From an uncultured Alphaproteobacteria bacterium (GTDB lineage: Bacteria; Pseudomonadota; Alphaproteobacteria; UBA11222): DNA of 64,000 nt. The notes under the pieces were generated by a model, which saw nothing but the letters and a program-made list of their open reading frames with translations, made no database searches and was not told where the DNA came from. Every line of letters starts with the position of its first letter. Position 1 is the stretch's first letter. Both the position numbers and the translations under genes were made by a program. The stretch is from assembly GCA_947258435.1 (NCBI GenBank), contig CAMYID010000011.1, positions 10,833-74,832 of the forward strand, in the 5' to 3' direction. Below, one piece after another: positions 18,416 through 28,347 of the stretch.

Positions 18416-19126
18416 ATGCCAAAGACATTCAGCCCCAAAGACATCCAGCCTGTGCTGACAGGCGACATACGCGCGCAATTGGAAGCGCTGCCCCTGCAGG
18501 CTGACAGACCCCTCATCGTTACCGATGCGGATGAAGTCATTGCCCAGTTCATCGCGGGCCTTGAAATTTTCCTCACACGCAACGGGTTTTGGCTCGATCT
18601 GCAGAGTTTTGCGATTTCGGGCAATGTAAAGCGGGCCGATGATCATTCGGTGGTCGAACGCGCGGAAGTGCAGGAACTGCTGGCGCACTTCTTTGCTACC
18701 GACACGGAAAACCTGTTGCCCGTGCCGGGCGCGGCCGACGCGCTTGCCGCACTCAGCACACGAACCCAGATCATCGTGCTGAGCAATGTGCCGCAACCCC
18801 AGCGTGCCGCCCGCCAGCGCTGGCTGCGCCAGCATGGTATGGACTATCCGCTGATCGCCAATAGCGGCCCGAAGGGAGCCGCCGTACAGCATTTGCGCAG
18901 CAAAATCGCGGCGCCGGTTTTCTTTCTCGATGATTTGCCGCCAAATCTCACGTCAGTCTCCGAACTGGTCGATGATGCGCATCTGCTGCACTTTATCGCC
19001 GATAGCCGGCTGGCGGCGCTGATAGGCCCCGCGCCCGGTTGCCATTTGCATACAACGAACTGGGATGAGGCCCATGACTATATTGCAAAGGCGCTCGATA
19101 TGGCGGGGTTTGCAGCGGCCGGCTAG
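18416..19126 (+). CDS. Hypothetical protein, HAD-hydrolase-like fold suspected
   Basis: Start MPKTFSPKD (an alternative upstream start exists at 18359). Contains DxD-like LIVTDADEV near the N-terminus. Weak assignment. Confidence 0.3.
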   Translation: MPKTFSPKDIQPVLTGDIRAQLEALPLQADRPLIVTDADEVIAQFIAGLEIFLTRNGFWLDLQSFAISGNVKRADDHSVVERAEVQELLAHFFATDTENLLPVPGAADALAALSTRTQIIVLSNVPQPQRAARQRWLRQHGMDYPLIANSGPKGAAVQHLRSKIAAPVFFLDDLPPNLTSVSELVDDAHLLHFIADSRLAALIGPAPGCHLHTTNWDEAHDYIAKALDMAGFAAAG

Positions 19127-19158
19127 ACGCCCACCCGAAACAGCCTGCAGGATGACCG

Positions 19159-20100
19159 ATGCCGCTTAGCCAGACCGCAGCCGATATCCGCATCGGAATC
19201 GACCTTGGCGGCACCAAGATCGCTGCGGTTGCGATGCGTCGGGACGGCACCGTCTGTGCCGAGCGGCGCAGACCCACGCCCCGGGGCAGCTATCGCAACA
19301 CACTGACCGCAATTGCACAAATTGTGGGTGAGCTGGAAACCGCCGCCAACTGTGCAGGCGCAAGGATCGGTATCGGTGTGCCCGGCGCTGTCTCCGCACT
19401 GACCGGCAGCATCAAGAATGCCAATTCCGAGTGGCTGAACGGGCGCGATCTGCATCATGATCTGGTACAATTGCTCGGCCGACCTGTCCGGCTGGCGAAC
19501 GATGCCGATTGTTTTGCAATGTCAGAGGCGCAGGACGGCGCGGGCGCCGGCAAGGCAACGGTCTTTGGCGTGATTCTGGGCACCGGGTGCGGCGGGGGTA
19601 TCGTCATTGACGGAAAACTGCTGAGCGGCCGGAACGCCATAGCCGGGGAATGGGGCCATAACCCCCTGCCCTGGCCCGATATATCGGCTGAAGCAGGCGA
19701 ACTGCCGGGCCCTGAGTGTTATTGCGGCAGGAGCGGTTGCATTGAGACATTCCTGTCCGGCCCCGGCTTTGCCGCGCGCCATAAGCAATTGTTTGGCCAT
19801 AGCCTGGCCCCGGAACAGATCGTCGCGCGGGCAAGACAGGGCGATTGCGATTGCCGGTGGAGCTTTGAACGCTATATCGACAGGCTGGCACGCGCGACCG
19901 CGACAGTGATCAACATTCTTGACCCGGACTGCATCATTCTGGGCGGCGGCATGTCGAATATTAGCGAACTTGTTACCGCGGTCCCGCCCTTGTGGCCGGG
20001 CTATGTATTTTCCGATCGCGTCGACACGGACCTGTCGGTGGCGCGTCACGGCGATGCAAGCGGCGTGCGCGGCGCCGCCTGGCTTTGGCCCGCCTCATGA
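19159..20100 (+). CDS. ROK-family sugar kinase (N-acetylglucosamine / gluco- / fructokinase-like)
   Basis: IGIDLGGTKI ATP motif, and the ROK zinc signature GEWGHNPLPW...CYCGRSGCIETFLSG. Confidence 0.8.
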   Translation: MPLSQTAADIRIGIDLGGTKIAAVAMRRDGTVCAERRRPTPRGSYRNTLTAIAQIVGELETAANCAGARIGIGVPGAVSALTGSIKNANSEWLNGRDLHHDLVQLLGRPVRLANDADCFAMSEAQDGAGAGKATVFGVILGTGCGGGIVIDGKLLSGRNAIAGEWGHNPLPWPDISAEAGELPGPECYCGRSGCIETFLSGPGFAARHKQLFGHSLAPEQIVARARQGDCDCRWSFERYIDRLARATATVINILDPDCIILGGGMSNISELVTAVPPLWPGYVFSDRVDTDLSVARHGDASGVRGAAWLWPAS

Positions 20101-21383
20101 TGCAGGCGGCAAGAATTCGCGGGATCTGCCGCGATTGCGCAGCCAGGCTGCCGGGCCCTGTTTCCGCCCGCTGTACTGCCTGCAACGGCCCGAGACTTGT
20201 CTGGCATGACGAAATCGAAACCCTTACCGTTGCGCATCTGGATTGCGACGCTTTTTATGCAGCCGTCGAAAAACGCGACAATCCTGCCCTTGCGAACCGG
20301 CCGGTCATTATCGGCGGCGGTCAGCGCGGGGTGGTCGCAACCGCATGTTATATCGCGCGCACCTATGGCGTTCATTCGGCGCAACCAATGTTCAAGGCGC
20401 GGCAGGCCTGCCCCGATGCGGTCATTATCCGACCCGACATGGCGAAATACAGTGCGGTCAGCAAACAGGTCCGGCAACTGATGGAAGAATGGACACCGCT
20501 GATCCAGCCCCTCTCCATCGATGAGGCGTTTCTGGACTTTGCGGGAACAGAACGCCTGCATGGCAAATGCGCCGCCCAATCACTTGCGACCCTTACCATG
20601 CGGATCGAGCAGCAGCTTGGCATTACGGTATCGATCGGGCTGAGCTATAACAAGTCCATGGCCAAACTGGCTTCCGAACTCGACAAGCCGCGCGGCTTTG
20701 CCTGTCTGGGCCAGACCGAAATCACCGCGTTTCTCGCGGACAAACCGGTTTCCTGGATCTGGGGCGTTGGCAAGGCGACGACAGCACGCCTGTACAGGGA
20801 TGGCATTACCCATATCGGCCAGTTGCAGCAACGCACCGAGAACGATCTTGTGGGGCGCTATGGGAAGTTCGGGCACAGACTTTACAAATTCGCACGCGGC
20901 GAGGATTCGCGCCCTGTGGAAACCCGGCGCCAGACGAAATCGATTTCCGCTGAAACGACATTCATGACAGATATCGCAGACCCGGCCGAGCTTGAACGCC
21001 GCCTTTGGCCGCTATGCGAGAAAGTTTCGCACCGGGCAAAGAGTGCAGGCCATTCGGGCACCGGCGTTACCCTGAAACTCAAAAACAAGGATTTCAGAAT
21101 ACGCACCCGCAGCGCACAATTACCCGCGCCCACCAATCTTGCGGCGGAGCTTTTTGAGCGCGCGAAGCCGCTGCTTGCAAAAGAAGCGACCGGGGCGGCA
21201 TTTCGCCTGATCGGGATCGGGCTGACCGGGCTTCAGACGCCCGCACCGTCGCAGCAGCAACCCTTGCTGTCAGTACCGCCACCGCGCCATCACGCCGTGG
21301 AACAGGCGCTTGACAGCATCAGGACCAAGTTCGGCACACATGCCATCGACAAGGGGCGCGGATTCGCCCCGAAGCGGAAATGA
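20097..21383 (+). CDS. dinB: DNA polymerase IV (Y-family) with about 40-aa Cys4 N-terminal extension
   Basis: Core LDCDAFYAAVEKRDNPALANRPVIIGG...SIDEAFLD matches DinB. Start ATGATG overlaps the ROK stop. The extension carries CRDC-x11-CTAC. Confidence 0.8.
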   Translation: MMQAARIRGICRDCAARLPGPVSARCTACNGPRLVWHDEIETLTVAHLDCDAFYAAVEKRDNPALANRPVIIGGGQRGVVATACYIARTYGVHSAQPMFKARQACPDAVIIRPDMAKYSAVSKQVRQLMEEWTPLIQPLSIDEAFLDFAGTERLHGKCAAQSLATLTMRIEQQLGITVSIGLSYNKSMAKLASELDKPRGFACLGQTEITAFLADKPVSWIWGVGKATTARLYRDGITHIGQLQQRTENDLVGRYGKFGHRLYKFARGEDSRPVETRRQTKSISAETTFMTDIADPAELERRLWPLCEKVSHRAKSAGHSGTGVTLKLKNKDFRIRTRSAQLPAPTNLAAELFERAKPLLAKEATGAAFRLIGIGLTGLQTPAPSQQQPLLSVPPPRHHAVEQALDSIRTKFGTHAIDKGRGFAPKRK

Positions 21384-21410
21384 CCGAACAGCTTTGGCCC
21401 GCACGAATGC

Positions 21411-22334
21411 TCAGCAATCGGGAACGGGAAACGCGGTGACTTCCTGCAACTCCCCCGCCAGGACAAATTGCCGGTACCGCATGCTTACATTTTCGGTCAC
21501 ACCATTCGCATACAGATGGAATGACATTTCAAATTGCGGCTCGGCTTCGGGCTGAAACGGGCTGTAGAATGAAATCTGCACCGGCCACCAATGCTGTCCC
21601 GCAGCCCAGCCTTGCGTCATGCCCGTTTCCTGCTTTTGTCCGATTGAGGTGAGCACCTTGTAATATTCCTTGTCCGAGGAGCCATCGAACAAGACAGCCG
21701 CGACATGGCTCTTGCCCCCGGCGGCGGCTTCCAGCACCGCCTCCATGTGCCTGCTGGGGAAAAGGACACTCTCCGGCAGGGATAATTCCGCTGAGGCGGG
21801 CTGCTTGAATATGGCGTGGGCGGTCGTGTCCGCATTACCCGCCTTTGCATCGCCGCGCAGAACTTCCATCAGCTCGTTATCGACAAGCTGCCGCAAATCG
21901 AAACGAAACTCACTGCCATCCAATGCCTCCCAGGACGAGGTGGACACGTCATTCAGACTGACTTTGCCATCTTCCATATCGGTGCGGATAACGATCCGCT
22001 GTTCGGTCAGATACCCCTCGCAGGTCTCACGCCACTCAACGACCATTTTCCCTTCAACACCCGACACTCCCGGGGCGATCGCCTCGCTCAACTGCAATTG
22101 ATAGACAGCACGATGGGACAGTTGCGGCGCGATGCCAGCGGCCTGCAATTCCCCGCCAACAAGCAATCCGAAACAGGCGACAGCCCCCCATTTACCAGCG
22201 TCAGACAGAATTTTTGTGAACTGCAAGACAGTTATCTCCCAACAAGACCGGCCTCTTTGCAAGATAATCCGGACATACCCAATGATCGCACCGGAATTCT
22301 TGCGTATAATGCAGCTTTCATTGCGCCATCGCAA
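21411..22334 (-). CDS. Secreted hypothetical protein (possibly DUF1849/EipB-like periplasmic protein); true start uncertain
   Basis: Signal-peptide-like KWGAVACFGLLVGGELQAAG near the N-terminus. C-terminal Cys. No catalytic motifs. Confidence 0.3.
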   Translation of the reverse strand: MRWRNESCIIRKNSGAIIGYVRIILQRGRSCWEITVLQFTKILSDAGKWGAVACFGLLVGGELQAAGIAPQLSHRAVYQLQLSEAIAPGVSGVEGKMVVEWRETCEGYLTEQRIVIRTDMEDGKVSLNDVSTSSWEALDGSEFRFDLRQLVDNELMEVLRGDAKAGNADTTAHAIFKQPASAELSLPESVLFPSRHMEAVLEAAAGGKSHVAAVLFDGSSDKEYYKVLTSIGQKQETGMTQGWAAGQHWWPVQISFYSPFQPEAEPQFEMSFHLYANGVTENVSMRYRQFVLAGELQEVTAFPVPDC

Positions 22335-22386
22335 TCAGTGACGGACAAATCGTCTGGCATTTGCGACAGGCCTTCGGACGGACAGA

Positions 22387-23376
22387 GTGGATTTCGGTTT
22401 GGCAACAGCTTCTATTTATGTCACCCGCCGGCTTCCGGGAAAGGTGGAACGGAAACTCAGCCAGCTGTTCGACGTCACGCTGAACAGGGATGACAGCCTG
22501 CCATCGACGGACACATTATTGCATGCCGCGCGGAATGCCGACGGATTGCTGGTCACCATAACCGACAGACTTGATGCGGGGCTGATCAACGCCCTTCCCG
22601 ATCGCCTTCGCATTATCGCCACATTTTCGGTTGGCTTCGATCATATCGATGTCGCGGCGGCAACCAAACGCGGGATTACCGTCACCAATACGCCCGGCGT
22701 GCTGACCGATGCGACCGCTGAAATCGCAATGCTGCTGTTGCTGGGCGCGGCAAGGGGGGCGGCAAATGGCGAACATATCATCCGCAAAAACAGCTGGAAC
22801 GCCTGGGCACCGACGGGACTGCTTGGCATACAGCTAACCGGTAAACGGCTTGGCATCTACGGCATGGGGGAGATCGGCCGCGCCGTCGCCGCCCGCGCGC
22901 GACCGTTCGGCATGGAAATCCATTATCACAACCGCAACCGGCTGCCTGCGGAGCTGGAACGGGGTGCGCAGTATCATACCAGCCTGGAATCGCTGCTGCG
23001 CCAGTGTGACATGCTGTCGGTCAATTGCGCATCGACCCCGCAAACACGCGGCAGCCTGAACGCTGAACGGCTTGCGCTGATGAAACCGGGCGCCATACTG
23101 GTCAACACCGCCCGGGGCGATATTCTTGATGAAGAAGCGGTGTTCAACGCGCTGCTGAATAATCGGCTGGGTGCGATCGGACTTGATGTCTACAGCAATG
23201 AGCCCGAAATCGATCCGCGCTTCCAGACATTACCCAACAGCTTCCTGCTGCCCCATCTTGGCAGCGCAACACATGAAACCCGCGAGGCAATGGGGTTTTG
23301 CGCCACCGCGAACCTGGAAGCCTTCTTTGCCGGCCGGATACCACCCAACAAAGTGGCGGTAAAAAGTTCACACTAG
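22387..23376 (+). CDS. D-isomer-specific 2-hydroxyacid dehydrogenase (glyoxylate/hydroxypyruvate reductase-like)
   Basis: NAD-binding GIYGMGEIGRAVA motif. Catalytic region LLRQCDMLSVNCASTPQTRGSLN...ILVNTARG...ALL. GTG start. Confidence 0.8.
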   Translation: MDFGLATASIYVTRRLPGKVERKLSQLFDVTLNRDDSLPSTDTLLHAARNADGLLVTITDRLDAGLINALPDRLRIIATFSVGFDHIDVAAATKRGITVTNTPGVLTDATAEIAMLLLLGAARGAANGEHIIRKNSWNAWAPTGLLGIQLTGKRLGIYGMGEIGRAVAARARPFGMEIHYHNRNRLPAELERGAQYHTSLESLLRQCDMLSVNCASTPQTRGSLNAERLALMKPGAILVNTARGDILDEEAVFNALLNNRLGAIGLDVYSNEPEIDPRFQTLPNSFLLPHLGSATHETREAMGFCATANLEAFFAGRIPPNKVAVKSSH

Positions 23377-23525
23377 GCAATAATTGCCCGGCATTTTCTG
23401 AACCGCGCGGCCGCGCCTGCGTAATTCTTATCAGGAAATCGCGCAAAATTTCTGGCATGGAAGCTGCATCAAGCCGTTCCAGCACGACATTTCTATTGTG
23501 CGTGATGTGTCGGGAAGGAAACGCT

Positions 23526-24242
23526 ATGAACCATAATATTCTCAGGAATAATGCATATACGGCAAACCCGCTGGATGTTGCGCCAATTTCACAAGAGCGG
23601 TTGCGAAAGCTATGCAATGATCTGGGGCTTGCACGGGAACCCGTCGGACAGGCGCTCGTCACGGAAATGCTGAACTTCGCCGCACAGGCAGAGCAACGGA
23701 TCGCCGAACAGGATGCCCGGATCCATCGGCTTGAATCCCTCAGCATGACTGACGAGTTGACAGGCCTGCTCAACCGGCGTGGTTTTTCCTTTGGCCTGAA
23801 CCGCGCCTTGCAGTCAGCCCGTCGTTATAGTGAAGAAGGAATCCTGGCATTCATCGATCTTGATAACTTCAAACCGATCAATGATACCTATGGCCATGAG
23901 GCAGGCGATCTGATCCTCCGCCGCACAGGCGAAATTCTGACTGGCAATGTCCGCAAGACCGATCTTGTCTCACGGCTTGGCGGCGATGAATTCGCGGTGC
24001 TGCTCGTTCATTCCCAGCGCCGCGACGGGCTCGCCCGCATCGCAATCCTGGATGAAAAACTGAACAGCACATTCTATAAATATGGCGATGTGCGCATCCC
24101 CATACGCGCCAGTTTCGGCGCGGCGTATTACTCAGGCTGGTCTGAGTCCGAACTGCTCATGCGCAAAGCGGACCGTGCCATGTACAAGAACAAGATGAGC
24201 CGCCGCCGCAATCTGCATCTGATCAGCCAAACAGCGGATTGA
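23526..24242 (+). CDS. GGDEF-domain diguanylate cyclase (stand-alone, short coiled-coil N-terminus)
   Basis: RGFSF...IDLDNFKPINDTYGHEAGD...RLGGDEFAVLL with an intact GGDEF motif. Confidence 0.8.
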   Translation: MNHNILRNNAYTANPLDVAPISQERLRKLCNDLGLAREPVGQALVTEMLNFAAQAEQRIAEQDARIHRLESLSMTDELTGLLNRRGFSFGLNRALQSARRYSEEGILAFIDLDNFKPINDTYGHEAGDLILRRTGEILTGNVRKTDLVSRLGGDEFAVLLVHSQRRDGLARIAILDEKLNSTFYKYGDVRIPIRASFGAAYYSGWSESELLMRKADRAMYKNKMSRRRNLHLISQTAD

Positions 24243-24248
24243 GCGGGC

Positions 24249-25253
24249 TTATGCTGCAGGCATTTGCTGCGTGATGCAGTGAATGCCACCCCCGCCCGCC
24301 ACAATATCCAGGGCCGGAAGTTGCACGATCCGTCTGTCAGGGAAACAGGCCGCAATCATTTCGTATGCGCGCTCATCAGCCGGATCGTCAAAGCCCGGCA
24401 CGATGACCGCGCCATTCGCGATGTAGAAATTCACATAGCTCAGCGTAAGCCGCGCCCCCGTCTCGTCGTAACGCGGGGCGGGCATTGGCAAGTTGCCGAC
24501 ATCGAACGGCCTGCCATCGCAATCGCGCGCCGCCGTCAGGCGGGCCCGCGCATCGCGCGCAATCGCATAATTGGGGTCTTCACTGTCCGCGCATCCCTGC
24601 AGCAATATCCGCCCCTCACCGGCGAAGCAGCAAAGATTGTCGATATGGCCGTCCGTTTCATCGCCGGCCAGCCCCTCGCCCAACCAGACAAGCTGCCGCA
24701 CGCCAAGCAGGCGGGAAAACTCCGCCTCAATCTGAAGCCGTGACAGCCCCGCATCGCGGTTCGTGTTCAGCAGACATTGTTCGGTCGCAAGCATCGTGCC
24801 CCGCCCATCCACATGGATGGCTCCCCCTTCCATGAACAGCGGGGTCTCAAGCCGCGCAATAGCCAGATCTTCAAGCAGCGAGGATGCAAGCGCGGCATCC
24901 TGCGCATAAGGCGTATATTTGTCGCCCCACCCGTTAAACCGCCAACAGACACCGGCAAGCGCACCGTCGCCGTCGCGCACAAAACTCGGCCCGATATCAC
25001 GCATCCACGAATCATCAAGCGGATAAGCCGCAACACGCACCGCCTCCCCGCAGGATTGTCGCGCCGCCGCCGCATCCTCGGGCCGCGCGATCATCGTTAC
25101 CGGTTCGTAGACCGCGATCGCGCGTGCAACCCGCGCAAAGGCCCGGCGCGCTTTTTCAAGCCCCTCAGCATCGCGCCACAGGCTCTGACGGCATGGCCAG
25201 GCAAGCCAGCAACGCTGATGCGGAGCCCATTCGGCAGGCATCAGATAGTCCAT
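24249..25253 (-). CDS. Agmatine deiminase / Porphyromonas-type peptidyl-arginine deiminase family protein
   Basis: MDYLMPAEWAPHQRCWLAWP ... C-terminal GGGGIHCITQQ (catalytic Cys). Confidence 0.75.
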   Translation of the reverse strand: MDYLMPAEWAPHQRCWLAWPCRQSLWRDAEGLEKARRAFARVARAIAVYEPVTMIARPEDAAAARQSCGEAVRVAAYPLDDSWMRDIGPSFVRDGDGALAGVCWRFNGWGDKYTPYAQDAALASSLLEDLAIARLETPLFMEGGAIHVDGRGTMLATEQCLLNTNRDAGLSRLQIEAEFSRLLGVRQLVWLGEGLAGDETDGHIDNLCCFAGEGRILLQGCADSEDPNYAIARDARARLTAARDCDGRPFDVGNLPMPAPRYDETGARLTLSYVNFYIANGAVIVPGFDDPADERAYEMIAACFPDRRIVQLPALDIVAGGGGIHCITQQMPAA

Positions 25254-25380
25254 GAAAGTGATACTCCAAAAATGCCGTTTGTCTTGCAGAAGATGGATTT
25301 GCCATACATCCTAACCGACATGAGGGTCAGAATGCCTGCTTATCCCTGAATGCCCGTTTTTACCAATGAAAGGACAGAAA

Positions 25381-25851
25381 ATGCCGGGAAAGATCGCGCA
25401 ACGTCTGGAAGAGCTGGGGATCGTCCTGCCAGAACCTGCAGCACCGGCAGCGAACTATACCCCCTTCGTGATTATGGGCAATCAGCTGTTTGTCTCTGGC
25501 CAGGTACCGCTCGGGCCAGCGGGTATCGAATGGCAAGGTAAATGCGGCAGCGACTTCAGTGTCGAAGAGGGGCAGCAGGCAGCCCGGCTATGCGCACTCA
25601 ACCTGCTGGCGCAGGTGCGCGCGGCCTGCGCGGGTGATCTGGACCGGGTGCGCGCCTGCCTGCGTATTGAAGGGTTTGTGAATGCGACTGCCGATTTTCG
25701 CAATCACCCGACGGTCATCAATGGCGCATCCGACCTGCTTGTCGAAGTGCTTGGCCCGATCGGGGTGCATTCGCGTTTTGCCGTCGGCTGCGCCAGCCTG
25801 CCGCTGGGCGTGGCGGTGGAAGTGGGCGGTATTTTCGCCATTTCGGATTGA
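25381..25851 (+). CDS. RidA/YjgF/L-PSP family protein
   Basis: AAGGA RBS 7 nt upstream of MPGKIA. Contains ...FVSGQVP... and ...PARFAVGCASLPLGVAVEV. Confidence 0.7.
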   Translation: MPGKIAQRLEELGIVLPEPAAPAANYTPFVIMGNQLFVSGQVPLGPAGIEWQGKCGSDFSVEEGQQAARLCALNLLAQVRAACAGDLDRVRACLRIEGFVNATADFRNHPTVINGASDLLVEVLGPIGVHSRFAVGCASLPLGVAVEVGGIFAISD

Positions 25852-25862
25852 TCTGATCTGCT

Positions 25863-26642
25863 ATGTCTGACTGGATTACCGATTCCCGCTATGCCCATCG
25901 CGGTTTGCATGAGACAGCGGCGGGTTTGCCTGAAAACAGCCTTGCCGCCTGCCGCGCCGCCGCCGCGCAAGGCTACGGGATTGAGCTTGACGTGCAGCTT
26001 GCCGCCTGCGGCACACCGATGGTCTTTCACGATTTCACATTGGACAGGATGACAGCGGGTTCAGGGCGGCTGAGCAATTTCACCGCGCCAGAACTTGCCG
26101 CATTGCCGCTTGCCGGTACAGCGGAGAAAATCCCGCTTTTGGGCGATATGCTGGCAGAAATCGATGGCAAGGTACCGCTTCTTATCGAACTGAAAGTTGC
26201 ATCGCGACAGAAAATCGGTCCCCTCGAGGGGGCTGTGGCGCGCCTGCTTGCCGCCTATCGCGGCCCGGTTGCGGTGCAATCCTTCACACCTGAAAGTGTG
26301 GGCTGGTTCGCCCTGATGGCCCCCCATTTCACACGCGGTCAGATCGCTGCCGATTTTATTCGCCGCGCCGATCCCGATATGTGCTGGCAGGACCGGCTCG
26401 ACTGGACAAAGCTGTGGCGCAGCGATGTGAGCCGGCCGCATTTCGTTTCCTACAATGTGCGTGACCTGCCCAATCCGGCAAGCCGCGCCGTCCGCCGCGC
26501 AGGCATACCGCTGATCTGCTGGACGGTGAGAGACAAAGCGCAGCTTGCTCAGTCTGAAGATCATGCCGACAGCTATATCTTTGAGGGATTTACGCCGGAC
26601 CCTGTGACCCTTGCCCGGAATCAGGGTAAACTGGGTTCATGA
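25863..26642 (+). CDS. Glycerophosphodiester phosphodiesterase family protein
   Basis: HRG...ENS...ELDVQLAACGTPMVFHD motif of the GDPD family. Confidence 0.75.
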   Translation: MSDWITDSRYAHRGLHETAAGLPENSLAACRAAAAQGYGIELDVQLAACGTPMVFHDFTLDRMTAGSGRLSNFTAPELAALPLAGTAEKIPLLGDMLAEIDGKVPLLIELKVASRQKIGPLEGAVARLLAAYRGPVAVQSFTPESVGWFALMAPHFTRGQIAADFIRRADPDMCWQDRLDWTKLWRSDVSRPHFVSYNVRDLPNPASRAVRRAGIPLICWTVRDKAQLAQSEDHADSYIFEGFTPDPVTLARNQGKLGS

Positions 26643-27853
26643 GTGAGCGTCCTGATATTTCGATCCGCATGGTCCGGCGGATCGATGAAATCGCGGCCGA
26701 TGCGTGGGATGCCTGCGCCAACCCCGCTACCGCCCTGCCTGAATGCGATGTGCCAAGCAACCCGTTTCTCAGCCATGCCTTCCTGAGCGCGCTGGAGGAA
26801 TCGGGTTCAGCAAGCGCGGACACCGGCTGGGCACCGCATCATCTGATCGCGGAAGATACCGCCGGGACCCTGCTTGGTGCGGTGCCGCTTTATCTCAAGA
26901 ACCATTCCCAGGGCGAATATGTGTTCGACCATAGCTGGGCGCATGCATTTGAACGTGCCGGCGGCAATTATTATCCCAAACTTCAGGCCTCTATCCCGTT
27001 TACCCCGGCGACCGGCAGACGGCTGCTTGTGCGCCCGGGAACGGCGGCGGCACAGGTTGAAGCCGGGCTGATCGGCGCGGCGGCCCAGATCGCCGAAAAA
27101 TCCGGCGTGTCGTCGGTTCATTTCACTTTTCTGACCAAACCGGAATGGGAACGGCTGGGACAGGCAGGCTATCTGCTGCGCACCGATCAGCAGTTCCACT
27201 GGGTGAATGAGGGCTATGCGGACTTTGACGCGTTTCTGCAAAGCCTGGCCTCGCGCAAACGCAAGCAGCTCCGCCGTGAACGCCGCGAAGCGGTTGCCGC
27301 GGGCATCGATATAAAGGTTCACACGGGCAGCACACTGACAGAAGCCGATTGGGATGCCTTCTATCTGTTTTATACCGACACCGGCATGCGAAAATGGGGA
27401 CGCCCTTATCTGACCCGCGAATTCTTCAGCCTGATCGGCGAACGCATGGCCGATCAGATCGCACTTGTCCTGTGCTATCGTAACGGGCACCCGATTGCCG
27501 GAGCATTGAACTTCATCGGCAGCGATACATTATTCGGCCGCAACTGGGGGTGTACGGAACACCACCCGTTCCTGCATTTTGAAGCCTGCTATTATCAGGC
27601 GATTGACTTTGCCATCGCACGCGGCCTCAAACGGGTCGAGGCGGGGGCGCAAGGGGCGCATAAGCTCGCACGCGGGTATCTGCCAACCCTCACCTATAGC
27701 GCGCATTGGATCACCGATCCGCGCTTCCGCGACGCGGTCGAGGATTTTCTTGAACAGGAACGGCGGATGGTCGACGCAGACAAACGTCAGCTTGATTCAC
27801 ATTCGCCCTTCCGTCAGACACCTACCGATAGTGGAGGAACGCCCGGAACATGA
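26639..27853 (+). CDS. FemAB-like GNAT-fold acyltransferase (DUF482-type)
   Basis: 404 aa. ATGA overlap with the upstream gene. Pattern WDAC...NPFLSHAFLSALEESGS...FHWVNEGY...RKRKQLRRERRE typical of this family. Confidence 0.55.
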   Translation: MSERPDISIRMVRRIDEIAADAWDACANPATALPECDVPSNPFLSHAFLSALEESGSASADTGWAPHHLIAEDTAGTLLGAVPLYLKNHSQGEYVFDHSWAHAFERAGGNYYPKLQASIPFTPATGRRLLVRPGTAAAQVEAGLIGAAAQIAEKSGVSSVHFTFLTKPEWERLGQAGYLLRTDQQFHWVNEGYADFDAFLQSLASRKRKQLRRERREAVAAGIDIKVHTGSTLTEADWDAFYLFYTDTGMRKWGRPYLTREFFSLIGERMADQIALVLCYRNGHPIAGALNFIGSDTLFGRNWGCTEHHPFLHFEACYYQAIDFAIARGLKRVEAGAQGAHKLARGYLPTLTYSAHWITDPRFRDAVEDFLEQERRMVDADKRQLDSHSPFRQTPTDSGGTPGT

Positions 27854-28266
27854 CCTTCGACCCGAACTGCATTTTCTGCCTTATCGTAAACGGGGATGCC
27901 CCCGCGCAGAAAGTCCATGAAGATGATGACTGTCTGGCTTTTATGGATATCATGCCGCAATCGGACGGCCATGTACTCGTTATCCCCAAACGTCACGCAG
28001 CGCAGATCTTCGACGTGACTGCCGAAGAAGCCGCAAAGCTTATCCGTGTTACCCACAAAGTTGCCGCCGCCGTGCGCACGGCGATGCAGCCCGACGGTGT
28101 TATGCTGGCACAGCTTAACGGCGCAGATGCCGGCCAGACCGTCTTTCATCTGCATTTTCATATCGTACCGCGCTATGCCGGCAAAAAGCTCGCGTTGCAT
28201 GCAAGCGAAATGGCCGATGCGGACACACTCAAAACTCATTGCGAAAAAATTCGCGCCGCGCTCTGA
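27850..28266 (+). CDS. HIT (histidine triad) family hydrolase
   Basis: CIFCLI ... HLHFHIV histidine triad. ATGA overlap with the upstream gene. Confidence 0.85.
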   Translation: MTFDPNCIFCLIVNGDAPAQKVHEDDDCLAFMDIMPQSDGHVLVIPKRHAAQIFDVTAEEAAKLIRVTHKVAAAVRTAMQPDGVMLAQLNGADAGQTVFHLHFHIVPRYAGKKLALHASEMADADTLKTHCEKIRAAL

Positions 28267-28347
28267 AAGAGGCGGCGCCAGGTGATGCAAAACTGATCGA
28301 ATTAGTCAAGAAAGCTTGGCTTGATCAACACAAATGCTGACGTTCAC

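Noticed and set aside
17957-18892. 311-aa minus-strand ORF
   Set aside because: It is antisense to the small divergent gene and the HAD-like gene. Its translation is Cys/Arg/Gln-rich nonsense, while the plus-strand genes have sensible starts and composition.
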